Below are positions 37,720 to 49,437 of a stretch of 64,000 nucleotides of DNA, piece after piece (the first letter of the stretch is position 1; every line of letters begins with the position of its first letter). The translations under genes and the position numbers were made by a program. The DNA comes from Callorhinchus milii (Eukaryota), in assembly GCF_018977255.1 (NCBI RefSeq), contig NW_024704742.1, forward strand, positions 37,078,001 through 37,142,000. The letters are read 5' to 3'. The notes under the pieces were generated by a model that was not told where the DNA came from, searched no databases, and saw only the letters and a program-made list of their open reading frames with translations.

Positions 37720-38520
37720 AAACAACAATTAGCATTTTCACAGCCTTTCATGAAGGAGAATGTTTCAAAGTGCTTTACAGAGTCTGAGCTGGGAGAAAGG
37801 TAGTAAGAAAGTGGCCATGGACACTGTCAAAAAGATTTTAGGCAAATTTCAAAATCAGAGGGGAGGGGGCAAAGCGGTGGGATTTTGGACGATAGTTTTA
37901 GAGAATGAGAGCAAACTGTCTGAAAGCTTGCCCATTAATATTGGGACAAAACAGGTGGGGGATATGAAGAAGATAGGCGGGGAAGTAGGATAACGAGAGA
38001 ATACAGAGGTAGGGTGAGCACGGAGGTGTTAAAAGTGAAAGTGAGGATCTTAAAATTAATTCAATGGGGATAGGGAACCAATGAAACTTGGATTGAGAGA
38101 GAAGATACACTGTGGAGTTCTCGATGATGTGGAGCTTGTAGATAGTAGTGAAGCAGAGCTGGTGAGCAAGGTGTTGGAGGTAGAGTTTGGAGGGGACAAA
38201 GGGGCAGAGATGGGTGATGTTGCAGAGATGCAGGAAAGTGGACTTGATCAGGTCCTGGATGTAAAGCTTTAAGGAAACTTGAAAGTGTCCTTGAAACTTG
38301 AACGGAACATTCGAAAGAAAGTGAATGTTCCGTACTTGCTCCGTTAGTTGGAGTGAGCAACTGAAGAGTTTCGTCTGTGTTAACTTGGAGAAAGTTAAGG
38401 CGCATCCAGGACTTGCAGTCTGTCAGAACAGCATGGTCCTACATTCAAGGGTGGAGGCAGAGAGCTAGAGTTGGTGTCTTCCACACACATGTAGAGCTGC
38501 ACCCCGTACCTACGGATGAT
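37720..38520 (-). mobile_element. Old L2 RT and 3' fragments
   Basis: MRLNFLQVNTD, HWFPIPIELILRSSL; RT core remnants near 38470-38520. Confidence 0.75.
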
Positions 38521-38527
38521 GCCACCA

Positions 38528-38935
38528 AACAACAATAACAACAAATTACAGTTGTAAAGCATCTTTCATGTCGGCAGGATGTCCCAAGGTGCTGGACAAT
38601 CAGGGATTTCCACCTGAGCAAGGGGTTGGGATCAGGAGGGGTGGAGGGCAGGGAGGTTTGAGGTAGGAGGTAGTTGAAGGCGGGATCAAAGAGGAGGGTC
38701 TTGAGATCTGTCAGAGCCTGCTGAGCAGAGGGAGCAGACAGGTTGATATGGGTTTAGCAGATCACAGAGATAGGAAGGAGCAATGCTGTGGAGGGCCTTG
38801 AAGGCAAGGACGAGGATGTTGAACTCTATCTTCGGGGGGATGGGGAGCCAGTTGAGCCGGGCGAGGGTGGGAGTGACGGGAGCCAATCAAGAGAACCTCC
38901 ATCTTGACATTCAACGGTAGAAAGTTAGCTCTGTG
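38528..38935 (-). mobile_element. Internally deleted L2 3' fragment
   Basis: PVTPTLARLNWLPIPPKIEFNILVLAFKALH, preceded directly by RANFLPLNV; tail at the left end. Confidence 0.85.
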
Positions 38936-39212
38936 ATGTGTGCCGGTTTGGCCAATTCAACAAAAGTTCATGGAAAGCAGTATAAACTCAAAACCCTGAA
39001 CACGCAGTTCTTTTATCAGTCAGTGAAGCTTAAACTCAGACCAAACCTTCAGTGCCATTACATGTCCAGAGATATTTATTTTGAAGTCCTCAGATATTCG
39101 AAGAAATTCTGCCAACCACATATATCTGCACTGCAGGGTCTAAGTGTCCTGTTAGACTGAATATCATCAATTCTTGATCTCAGTCAGTGCCTTTAAGCTA
39201 CAGACATTGACG

Positions 39213-39538
39213 TTGGAGTCCTGTAGCTCAGTGGTTAGAGCACTCGCTTTGCAAGCGAGAGACCTGAGTTCAATTCCAGGCAGAGGGCGAAACCTTGGGC
39301 AAGTTTCCTTACTCCATACGCCTAATAATAATCCCTCCAAAACCAAAAACAATAATAAATTGGTCATTTTCAATCTACGACTGTTTGTGGGACATTGCTG
39401 TGCGCAATTGGCTGCCGCATTCGCCCACAAATATACAGTTAATTCACTTTACAGTGTGTTCTGTGAACCGCTTTGGGACGTCCTTCCGACGTGAAAAGTG
39501 CTATATCAAATGCAAGGATTATTATTATTATTATTATT
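39213..39538 (+). mobile_element. Full-length young tRNA-Ala SINE, short form
   Basis: Near-identical to 19921-20253. Confidence 0.95.
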
Positions 39539-40070
39539 GGTAGAGGAGCCCATGTGTCTAAAATATCAGCTTACTTTGTTCATTAATATTATTCTACATA
39601 AGATTTGTTCACTATACATTTACAAAGCCAACTATTTTTACCACTTGTTTGCTAGTCACTCTCTTGATATTGCCCTTTACTTCTGATATATGTCCTGTGA
39701 ATTCTTCCCGACATGCTTCTCTTATTCACCTTTAGTTATCTAGAGATAGAGAAGAATTCTTTGCAAGAGCACCGGAAAGACAAAACACATTAGTCATTAC
39801 CCTCTCTAAAGTGTGTTCTGAAATTTCTGGTAGCAATAACAAATGTTTAGCATTTTTTTAAAAAAAAGTGTTTCTTGCTGTAACTTAATATGTAACATAG
39901 TAATTTTGACTATGAAAAAGTCTAAATAAAATAAGTTTCTACAATAAAAAAACAATAAAAGACAATCTGTAATAGCAATTGAAGGCAAACAAAATCGTGT
40001 CCCAGTGGAATGGTTAGTATAGATATAGCATCCATAGAATCGATGCTTAGATATAGGTATAATAGTATAA

Positions 40071-40480
40071 CAGAGGAGAAATAAGAAGAAATGGGAAATC
40101 CAGAGAAGAAACAAGCAGAAATGGGAAATCGAGAGGAGAACTAAGAAGAAATGGAAAATCCAGATGTGAATCCAGAAGAAATGAGAAATCCAGATGTGAA
40201 TCCAGAAGAAATGAGAAATCCAGAGAACTAAGAAGAAATGGAAAATCCAGATGCAAATTAAGAAGAAATTGGAAATCCAGAGAAGAAATAAGAAGAAATG
40301 GGAAATCCAGATGTGAAACAAGAATAATTGGAAATCCAGAGAAGAAATAATAAGAAATGGGAAATCCAGATGTGAAACAAGAATAATTCAAAATCCAGAG
40401 GAGAAATAATAAGAAATGGGAAATACAGAGGAAAAATAGGAAGAAATGGGAAATCCAGATGTGAAACAAGAACAACCCAG
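40071..40480. repeat. 30-bp purine-rich minisatellite, ~13.5 units
   Basis: Units such as GAGAAGAAATAAGAAGAAATGGGAAATCCA and GATGTGAATCCAGAAGAAATGAGAAATCCA; lengths 27-30 nt. Confidence 0.95.
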
Positions 40481-40484
40481 AAGG

Positions 40485-40720
40485 TTTAATACCTTGTCTG
40501 TACTGAGTTAACTGATCTCACATAGGGCAGGTGTTGGGATGCTTCGATTTGTCTCCTCGATTAAAGAGGGTAAAAATCAGTCAGGGTTCATTAGCTAGTG
40601 ACTCTCGCTGGAACATGGACTATATGTGAACATTGGGTGAGCATCATATCAGCTATAATGCCATTTGCTATTCAATTGCCTGTTAACACCTATTGTCCAG
40701 CTTAGATATTAAAAATGTAG
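40485..40720 (+). mobile_element. AmnSINE2-like SINE fragment
   Basis: CTGTACTGAGTTAACTGATCTCA...AGAGGGTAAAAATCAGTCAGGGTTC; related copies at 45200-45310 (-) and 62050-62205 (+). Confidence 0.55.
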
Positions 40721-41489
40721 AACTCCAGGAGGGGAGAAATATGGGTGTGTGGGGGGAGAATACATTTTGTAAAGTGAATAGTAAAGCACTTTGAGGCATC
40801 TAGAAGATGTGATAAGGTGCTATATCAAATGCAAGGATTACTATTATTAGAACACATTCAACAATGCAGCACACTTCCAGCACTGCATTGGAGTTTTAGC
40901 CTTCGACAAATTGAGTTCAACTACTTGAGTTGAAACCCACAATCTTCTGACTCAAGAATGCCAGCAACTGAGAAATGCTAACAGTTGTACTTATGTAATA
41001 GTGCTTTTCATATACAATGAATGTATTGAATGAAGTACTTTTCCTACAGTGAAGCCTGTCTGGTGCATTCACACAGATGAAGATACCAGTCATTCCTCTA
41101 CCTCTCCCCTTTTTCTACCATAGAAGAATAAGGAACTGAATGTTTTGGGTCAGAGGTTTCTGACAGACTATCAGAACCAGCAGATCCTTACTGTTCAGTC
41201 AGTGTATTCCTTGGTCACCATTATAAACTCATGCGGGGCTCCGAAATTGTTAGAACAACCTTGATCAATAGTACTCATGTTGGTGAGATATAATAATCAG
41301 TCTTGCATTCTGTATGACTTGTTACAGCCCTTCCTAAAGCTATCCAACTCTATCGAGAAATCTTGGAACTAGAAAAAACATTTTCTGTGCCCGACTTCTT
41401 TTTCAATGCTTCAAGAATCAGTCACACATCCACAAGCATTTTTGAGTGCAGCGGGCGCTGCCAGAGAAAGGAACAATTTTTCCTTTTTG

Positions 41490-41948
41490 TAATCCTTGCA
41501 TTTTTGACATGACCCCTTAATGTCAGATGTCTAAAAGCACTTCACAGGATTTTACTGTGAAATGTGTAAAATGTGTTTACTATGTATTGTGTAGTATTTT
41601 GTAGACAAATACAGCATTGATGTCCTCCAAACAATTATACCCTACAAACAGATATGAAGCGTCTGACCAATCTTATCTATGGGATTGTTGGCCAGCACAC
41701 TGGGAGAAACTACCTTTTCTTTTCAAATAGTGTAATGGGATCTTTAATGTCTAAACACCTAAAGAGGCAGACACAACCTCAGTTTAATGTCTCATCCAAA
41801 GGACAGCACCTCTGAAAATGTAATGCTTCCCCCAGCACTTCAATAGTGTCAGTCTAGATTGTGAGTTTGAAATCAAAACGTGGAGCTTGAACCCACAACC
41901 TTTTGGTTCAAAAGTGACAGTGATACCAACTGAGCCAGGCTGACACCT
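41490..41948 (-). mobile_element. Full-length Deu-domain tRNA-SINE
   Basis: Head GTGTCAGCCTGGCTCAGTTGGTA and B box GTGGGTTCAAG on the - strand, Deu core, tail. Confidence 0.9.
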
Positions 41949-42714
41949 CATTCATAGTATGTGCACTCCCAGATTGAGAACAACAAATGTCAATGGAGAA
42001 TAAAATTTATTTTACTCTGTCACAGCATTGTGTGATTTCCCAATTGATAAATTTATCGACTTTAGGAGTGAGCACTTTGACTTTTTCCTCTTCTCTCCCA
42101 AAGCAATGACTCATACTGTTGAATGGTTCCACAGACTTTATGTGGAAATGAACTCATACTGTACAATTATGTGAGACGCTGAAGGAGTGATATCATCTTG
42201 GGACATGTGTGGAGCCAATTTAGAGTCAACACACAATTACTAAGTTAGAATTTCCATAATTATGTCTTTTAACAGTTTCAAAGAAACAATCTAAATTACA
42301 TCTTTGAAACTACTGTAAACTCTTATTGTAAAAATTACAAATAACCCAAAGAACTGTATCATCAGTACAGCTACAGAGCTTGATTACTTGTTTATCTCTG
42401 CAGTAAAAATTTGGAATGATGTCTCCAATCCAGCCTACACTTGAGATGAAGTTTCCTTTCTCTGGAGGCTACAACATTTCCTCAAATGAATAGGAGAATT
42501 TTTTAAAGTGGGATCTACAACACCAACTTCTTTGCACTTCGATATGTATTTACAAATGGCTAGCACATTCCGCAAATTAGACTCCACAAGTTGTCCATTG
42601 GGCAGTTTCTCTCACATCAAAATGGTGGCTGGTCTAAAAATACGAGTTGCTTACTTGCCAATTCAGGATACAGAGGATTCCGGAAATCATAACACATAAC
42701 ATTGAAGAATTAAT

Positions 42715-43012
42715 AGCAATTATCCTTGAATTTGATATAGCGTCTTTGAGACGTCTCAAAGCGCTTCACAGGATATACTGTGAAGTGTAGTGACTGTGTG
42801 TTTTTGGGGTGAAACACGGCAACCAATTGCGCAGAGCAGTGTCCCACAAACAGTCATGGATTGAGTGACCAAATTATTATTTTTGGGGAGGGATTATTAC
42901 ACCCGGAAAGCGATTCACCAATCAACTAACAAGCGGGTTCCTACTTACTGCTGGGTAAACAGAGGCGTGTGTATGGAGTAAGGAAACTTGCCTAAGGTTT
43001 CATCCTGATCTG
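42715..43012 (-). mobile_element. tRNA-Ala SINE, long form (head missing)
   Basis: Retains the CCTCTGTTTACCCAGCAGTAAGTAGGAACC...TTAGTTGATTGG segment. Confidence 0.85.
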
Positions 43013-43934
43013 CGAAAATGTAATGTTGGCGGGGGGGCTCTTCCTTGGTAAACAAGAATATTTCAAAGAAGAAGTAGATCAAGGAGTTGCTACATATTGA
43101 TATAACTCTGATGCAGTTACTGGGAGGAGTTGCTTTTGATGACTTGGAATTGCTATTATAATAATAATAATAATCCTTGCATTTGATATTAGTGATTCCT
43201 GCTCTGAATACACATATTAAAAATTGTCTATTCTTTCCCCACGCATGGATGCCAAGGAAATCATTGTGTTTAATTACCTGCTCAGTCAAATATCCTCAGT
43301 GAACTTTCCATACTGGTGCCCAACAGGCTATAAACCCGTCTGCGTAGCCACTTCTGTTGATTTTTTTTGCAGGAAACACAGCATTAAATCAGCCTTCATG
43401 AAATGTCTAGCAGTATACCTAACGATCGCAGCTCTGGAGGTATAATTTTTCTTCTGCTCACTGCACCCTGTAGGCCCCATCATGTTGTTCTGTCAGTTCA
43501 ATGCATGACAATTGTCCTTCACTAACCAGAAACTATTCATTCAAAGGCATTCAGCTGAGCCTCACGTTGCTGTAGGAAATCCAATACCAACATTCCCTCT
43601 AGAATAATCCTAGTGAAGTGTATCAGTCTTTACAACAACAACAACAAAATTACATTTATAGAGCGCCTTTCACCCCGGGAGGACGTCCCAAAGCGCTGAA
43701 CAGTCAGATGTTGGGGCCCGAAAAAACGGAGGAGAAAACATTACGATAGTTTTAGTCATCTTGGTGTGTTTCAGATCTAAATACTTTTCCATCCCCTTGA
43801 TGTATAGAACCAGAAACGGTTCATTTAGGCTTTTAGACTTAAACCTACTAAGTTCCTCTTCTTATGAGATTGACTCATATTAGGGAAGTTTTGTGGGTGC
43901 CAGGACCCCTCCAGGATCAATGCTTCAGCTAAGT

Positions 43935-44058
43935 AGGCATATATGAGCTGAGACAAAAGGCCCTTCAGTTCTGACGAAGGGTCACGGATCCGAAACTTTG
44001 ACCCATTTTCCTTCCTCCATAGATGCTGCTTGACCCAGCAATCTCTGTTTTTGTTGCA
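43935..44058 (+). mobile_element. Penelope-type repeat remnant with degenerate minimal hammerhead core
   Basis: CTGACGA-A-GGGTC-ACG-GATCC-GAAAC, followed by TCCATAGATGCTGCTTGACC...CTCTGTTTTTGTT. Confidence 0.7.
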
Positions 44059-44199
44059 AAAGATCACAAGATTCATTCAGATGAAGAATGCTCTTTTCAT
44101 TTTCTTCCGCTTCCAGAATACCCTGTCATCTACCCATCACAGCTTCGAATGTTTCTTAAATGAGTCCAGCATCCTGGCCTTTAGGTGAAGAAGTACTTA

Positions 44200-44560
44200 T
44201 AATAATAATAATCCTTGCATTTGATATAGTGCATTTAACATGTCTTCAAGACATCTCAAAGCTCCCTAAAGTAAATTGACTCTATATTTTGTGGTTGAAA
44301 TGTGGTAGACAATTGCACACAGCAGTGTCCCACAAACAATTGTGGATTGAGTCATCAAATTTTTTTTATTTTGAAGGAATTATTACGCCCGAAAAAGCGA
44401 TTCGCCATATGACTAACAACCAGGTTCCTATTTACTGCTAGGTGAACCGAAGCGCGTGGAGTAAGGAAACTTGCCCAACATTTTGCAATGCCCAGGGAAT
44501 AAACCTAAGTCCATTTGTTTCCGAGGTAAGTGCTCTAGCCACTGAACTACAGGACTCCAC
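44200..44560 (-). mobile_element. Full-length tRNA-Ala SINE, long form
   Basis: Head GTGGAGTCCTGTAG on the - strand; long internal segment present. Confidence 0.9.
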
Positions 44561-44734
44561 AGATACTTCCAGGTGTCTGTCCTGAAATTGGCATGAAACT
44601 GTTCAGTGCCTTGTGACGTTCTTTCCAACATGAAAGGCGCTATATAAATGTATGTTGTTGTTGAAATTATCCTTTGCAACCCTAAAGTTTACTTTTCTGA
44701 GTTTACTTTCTAAATCCATTTAAAATCTTGTTGG

Positions 44735-45127
44735 CCTTCATAACATCCCCTTAGGCATCTCCTTTCAAGACTGAACAGCCCTAGCTTGTCTAATCGTTCC
44801 TCATATTTTAGTCTTCAAATACTGGGGATCATACTCATTGCTTTCCTTTGCACTGCTCTCGGCCTGGGCAGCTCCCTATGTTACATGGAACATAGGAATT
44901 AGGAGCAGGAGTAGGCCCTTCAGCCCCTCGAGCCTGCCCTGCCATTCAATAAGATCATGGCTGATCTTCTAACCTAACTCCATCTGCCCCCTTATCCCCA
45001 TATCCTTTAATCCCTCTATCCTTCAGAAACCTATCAATTTCAGTCTTGAATGTGTTCAAGGACTGAGCATCTGCAGCCTTCTGGGGTAGAGAATTACATA
45101 AATTCACTACCCTCTGAGTGAAGAGGG
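44735..45127 (-). mobile_element. CR1 fragments (3' end at 44882-45127)
   Basis: FTQRVVNLCNSLPQKAADAQSLNTFKTEIDRFL in ORF 44955-45155; 3' UTR AGGAGCAGGAGTAGGCC...AAGATCATGGCTGATC. Confidence 0.9.
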
Positions 45128-45647
45128 TAGTGACAGCGACCTTAACTGAATGCAATACTCTAGGTGCAACCTGGCTGGACTACTTTTCCTTGTGAATCAA
45201 ATTACAGCACTCCTATTGCCATTTTGGTTAAGATCAGCTAAATCAGAATAGACTAGGGATTGAACCTTGTACATAGCTGAGTAACGCAATGGCCTTACTA
45301 AGTGAACCTTGGCAAAATTTGAGCGAAAAATGCTGGCTGTCCAAATGGAACTGAAGTTCTCAAATAAATAAGCTTCTTCTTGCAGCATCTTTTTGTTAGC
45401 GATTCTACTGAACATTTCCAGTGCTAACAAAGTATTTTTGGCTGATAAATTTGTCAGTGGCATATGTGACCTTAAAGCATAGTAAAGTATGAGTATAATA
45501 CGGTGAACTAACTTTAAAATGTACTGTTTGACCTTTGTAAACAAGTTAGTGAATTTTTAAAAAAATGTTTGCATCACAACCCACATGTAAAATATTCTTT
45601 CATGGCTCTAATGCTGTAGAAGGTTCTTGTTCATCACCGTCTAAAAT

Positions 45648-46075
45648 GTGTATCAGCCTGGCTCAGTCGGTAGCACTTTCGTCTCTGAGACAGAAAGTAG
45701 TGGGTTCAAACTGCACAGTCTATGCTGGCACTCCAATACAATGCTGGGTGTGAACTGTATTTTCTGAGGTGGAGTCCTTTGGATGAGATTTAAACCAAGG
45801 TCCTGTCTGCCTGTACAGATGGACGTTAAACATTGCAGGACCCTACTAAAGAATAGCTTCTAATGTCCTGTTCAATAAGCCCCAAATAAAATTTGTCATT
45901 ATTTTCAGCATTCTTTGCTTGTTTGTGGGACATTGCTGCGCACAATTGGATTCCTATATTCAACTATACATACAGTCAATCCACTTCCCAGTAAATACTG
46001 TGAAGCACTTTGAGACATTTTGAGACATCCTTCTGATATGAAATGTTATACACCAAATGCATTATTATTATTACT
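45648..46075 (+). mobile_element. Full-length Deu-domain tRNA-SINE
   Basis: TGGCTCAGTCGGTA A box, GGGTTCAAA B box, TTTGGATGAGATTTAAACCAAGG Deu core. A second copy follows tail-to-tail at ~46080-46422 (-). Confidence 0.88.
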
Positions 46076-48102
46076 GTTATAAATCAGATGTCAATGAATG
46101 CTTGTGTAGTGATAATGTATCTGTGGGCAAAAGGAGTAGTCAATTCACGCACAGCAATGTCTCACGAACAGCCTGAACTAACTGACTAATGCAATGCAAG
46201 GACTAATGATTAATTTTATCTGGGGGATTGTCAGTTAGGACACTGTGAGAAACTTCCTTCTCTTTTCAAATCATGCCACTTTAATGCCTAACTGAACAGG
46301 CCTCAATTATATCTCATCTGGAAGACTGCACCTCTGAAAATGCAGTACTCCCCTAGAATTACACTAGAATGTCACTCTAGACAATGAGTTCAAAGGCCTA
46401 CCAACTGAGCCAGGCTAACACTTACTTTATATTTTCATCCATATTGATTGACCCAAGTGGATAACTTCCTCCAAAAGATGCACACAGCAATGTAAATCAG
46501 TTGTGCTAAACAGATTAGTTCACAATTGACCCAATTTACCTCTAACTCCATTACCCACCTCAAAGATAATAATCCTTAATGATAATCGTTACATTTGATA
46601 TTGCACCTTTCACTTTGGGAGGACTCCTCAAAGTGATTCACAGGTATGCTGTAAAGTATAAGACTATGTTTTGTAAGTGAAAGATGTTGCTGGTCAGGAA
46701 TAGAATACCGTGGCATGAACAGTTGTATAAGGTCTGGCATTAATTAAGAGTAATATGAATTAAATACCGCCAGGTAATTGAAAATTGCAAGGAAACATTA
46801 CCTCCACTCTTCCACCCTCCAGTTATGAGTATAACTGGCTCTTAATTATTCAGACATAGAACAGAATTGCTGACGATTAATGACAAGCCAGAACTCCAGT
46901 CCAAATCATCAGTAAAAATACACAAATTAGTAAATCACCTTCCAAAAAACCCGTTACTGTCAGTGTTTAATCTACATAGCTAATAGAAGAATGGCCAGAT
47001 CTTGAACTTGATATAGAGATGACACCCTGGTTTTAAACATTAGAGCTGGATTGTGAGTCACACATTGGCAGAGATGAATGCAGATCCAGACCACATAATT
47101 GAATTAAATCAAATGTTCTGTTTGGACTAATTGGGCCATAATCGAACTTATGTTCTGTCACTTTATTTTGGCACACACTATTTATCACATGTACTTATCC
47201 TCTGTGCTCAAGGAAGGGCACTAGAATTCTATAGGATAAGAAGATACCCAAAATTCGACTCGATTTTAAGCAATATCTTATTTTTTTAGCAGTGCCTTGG
47301 GATGTCCTCCCAACATGAAAAGCAGCATACAAAAGTAATTTTGTTGTTGTCTTTGTTTGTAAAGAATTGTGGAAAATGCTTAAAATCAGTATTAATTTGT
47401 AGGTCAACTTTCCACAGTTCCTAAAAAGAATTGGTTTGTTGCTCTCTAACTCTTTGACCTGCTAACCCCATATGGCTTGTCCACTTGGCGGACTCTGGTG
47501 TACTCCGCAACCCCTGTCCTTCACTCCTCACTATCAGTGGTCAGGCCTTCAGCCTTTCTGCCTCCAACCTTTGGAACTCCATCCCACTCTTGGTTCTTTT
47601 AGGCTGCTTATTGTGAGCCTCTTCACAAATATTCTTCAAAGTATAGTACACTAAATTTGAGGAAAATCCCAGAGAATTGCAAAATAATAAACATAACTCT
47701 AATTTTGTTTTTTTATTAACAAGAGAGTTCATGAGATTATCAAATTGTAGGTTTGTTAGCCTCATGGCAATTGAGGGACAATTGCTCAAAACTAAGGTGA
47801 GAGAGAATATAGAGGAAATTCTTGAGGGAATAGGTTAATCACATACAGTCACCATGGCTTTAGAAGTAGAAAACTGCTTTAAAATGCATTGGATTTCTTT
47901 AAGTAAGATACAGATCTAGTTGATAGAGATGATGCAAGTGAATGTTATTTACCTGGATTTCAAAAAAGCAATTGACAATGGATCAAAAAGGAATTAGCAA
48001 ATGGCTATTTGGTAGAAAGTGCTGTTGAGTGATGCATGGGGATGTGTCTCTCTGGGAATCAATTGCCAATGGTAAGCAACAGGGATCATTAGCTGCCCAC
48101 CT

Positions 48103-48435
48103 GAAGTCCTATAGCTCAGTGGCTAGAGCACTCGCCTCGTAAGCGAGAGACTGGGTTCGATTCCCAGCAGGGCGAAATGTTAGGCAAGTTTCCTTGTTCC
48201 GCAGCCTCTGTTTACCTAGCAGTAAGTAGGAACCCAGTTGTTAGTCGATTGGCAGATCACGTTTCTGGGTGTAATAATTCCTTCAAAAAAATATAATAAT
48301 AATAAATTAGTCACTTCAATACACGACTGTTTGTGGGACACTGCTGTGCACAATTGGCTGCCGCATTTCGCCCACAAAATATACGAAGAAGACGTGATAA
48401 GGCACTATATCAAATGCAAAGAATATTATTATTAT
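48103..48435 (+). mobile_element. tRNA-Ala SINE, long form
   Basis: Head, CCTCTGTTTACCTAGCAGTAAGTAGGAACC segment, Deu-type 3' part and tail. Confidence 0.92.
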
Positions 48436-48894
48436 CTGCCTGTTCTTCAGGCTGATGTTAAAGATCTCATGACACTATTCAAAAAGAGAAGGGAGGTTTT
48501 CACAACGTTCTTGCTGATTATCTTCCAGATTCCTTGAACATTGAAATTCATGGCTATTCAGGGGAAATTGTTGCGGTGTTTGACTACAATTATTTGATAT
48601 AGTGTCTTATCAGTCTTCAATTACTACACTTGACCATAATTACTCTAAAATACTTTGAGAGGTTTTGACAATATAAAGTGCTTTTAAATGCAAACGTTTC
48701 CTTTCTTTCATTAATGTGATCTCTACAATATTCATAAATATGGTAAATGATTTGGAAATTACATCAAGTCAAAGTTTTATAAATTTGTAAGTTCTATATA
48801 TTCATGCAATTTAAGAGTCAAAGCTCTAAGGCTGCCGTGGGATTTTTCACTTCTGAAACAGAGAAGACTGAAGCAGAATGATGGAAATATTTAA

Positions 48895-49245
48895 GATTAC
48901 ATAGAACGTTGCAAATCATGCCATTTGGCTCCACGAGTCAATACTGGTGTTCATATTCCATATGGGCCTCCATTCCTCATAATCCCTTCTCCTACATCCC
49001 TCTATTACCTTCTCCATTATGTATACATCAAGTTTCCTCTTAAATACATTGTTGCTTTTTGCTTGGACCACAGTGAGTTCCAAATTCTCACCACCCTCTG
49101 CTTAAAGAAGTTCCTCCTAAACTTCTTTAGATCAGCTACTGGTTATTTTAAATTCTTTAGATCAGCTACTGCTTTATTTTATAATCATCAACAAATGGAA
49201 ACAACCTGTTAACATCTACCTTATTATATCCTTTCCTAATCTTAA
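48895..49245 (-). mobile_element. CR1 3' fragment with internal 30-bp tandem duplication (49121-49180)
   Basis: GAGTTCCAAATTCTCACCACCCTCTG; TTCTTTAGATCAGCTACTG occurs twice at 30-nt spacing. Confidence 0.75.
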
Positions 49246-49246
49246 A

Positions 49247-49437
49247 TAGAGTCCAACCTGTTCAAACAACCACCTCCATTCAGCAACCCGCTNCCCCCTC
49301 CCCACCCTTAAAACCCACATTGGAACAGCCCAGACAGCCTGTTTCACACACCAATGAATTTTTCCTCAAATGCCACCCTTATATAAAGGTCACTCTGGCC
49401 CAGTCCCCTGAGTAGTTGTTGAAGACAAGTTGGTTTC
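49247..49437. mobile_element. Degenerate Tigger/pogo-like MITE
   Basis: TA-GAGTCCAACCTGTTCAAACAACCACCTC versus the reverse complement of the right end, GAAACCAACTTGTCTTCAACAACTACTC. Confidence 0.55.

Noticed and set aside
39806..40475. Long hydrophobic - strand ORFs (171 and 142 aa)
   Set aside because: Artefact of the stop-poor CT-rich strand of the minisatellite.
40071..40480. CRISPR-like array
   Set aside because: Head-to-tail degenerate units with no unique spacers, in vertebrate DNA.
43360..43445. Possible + strand exon (KHSIKSAFMKCLAVYLTIAALE)
   Set aside because: Weak donor (GTATAA) and unrecognised peptide.
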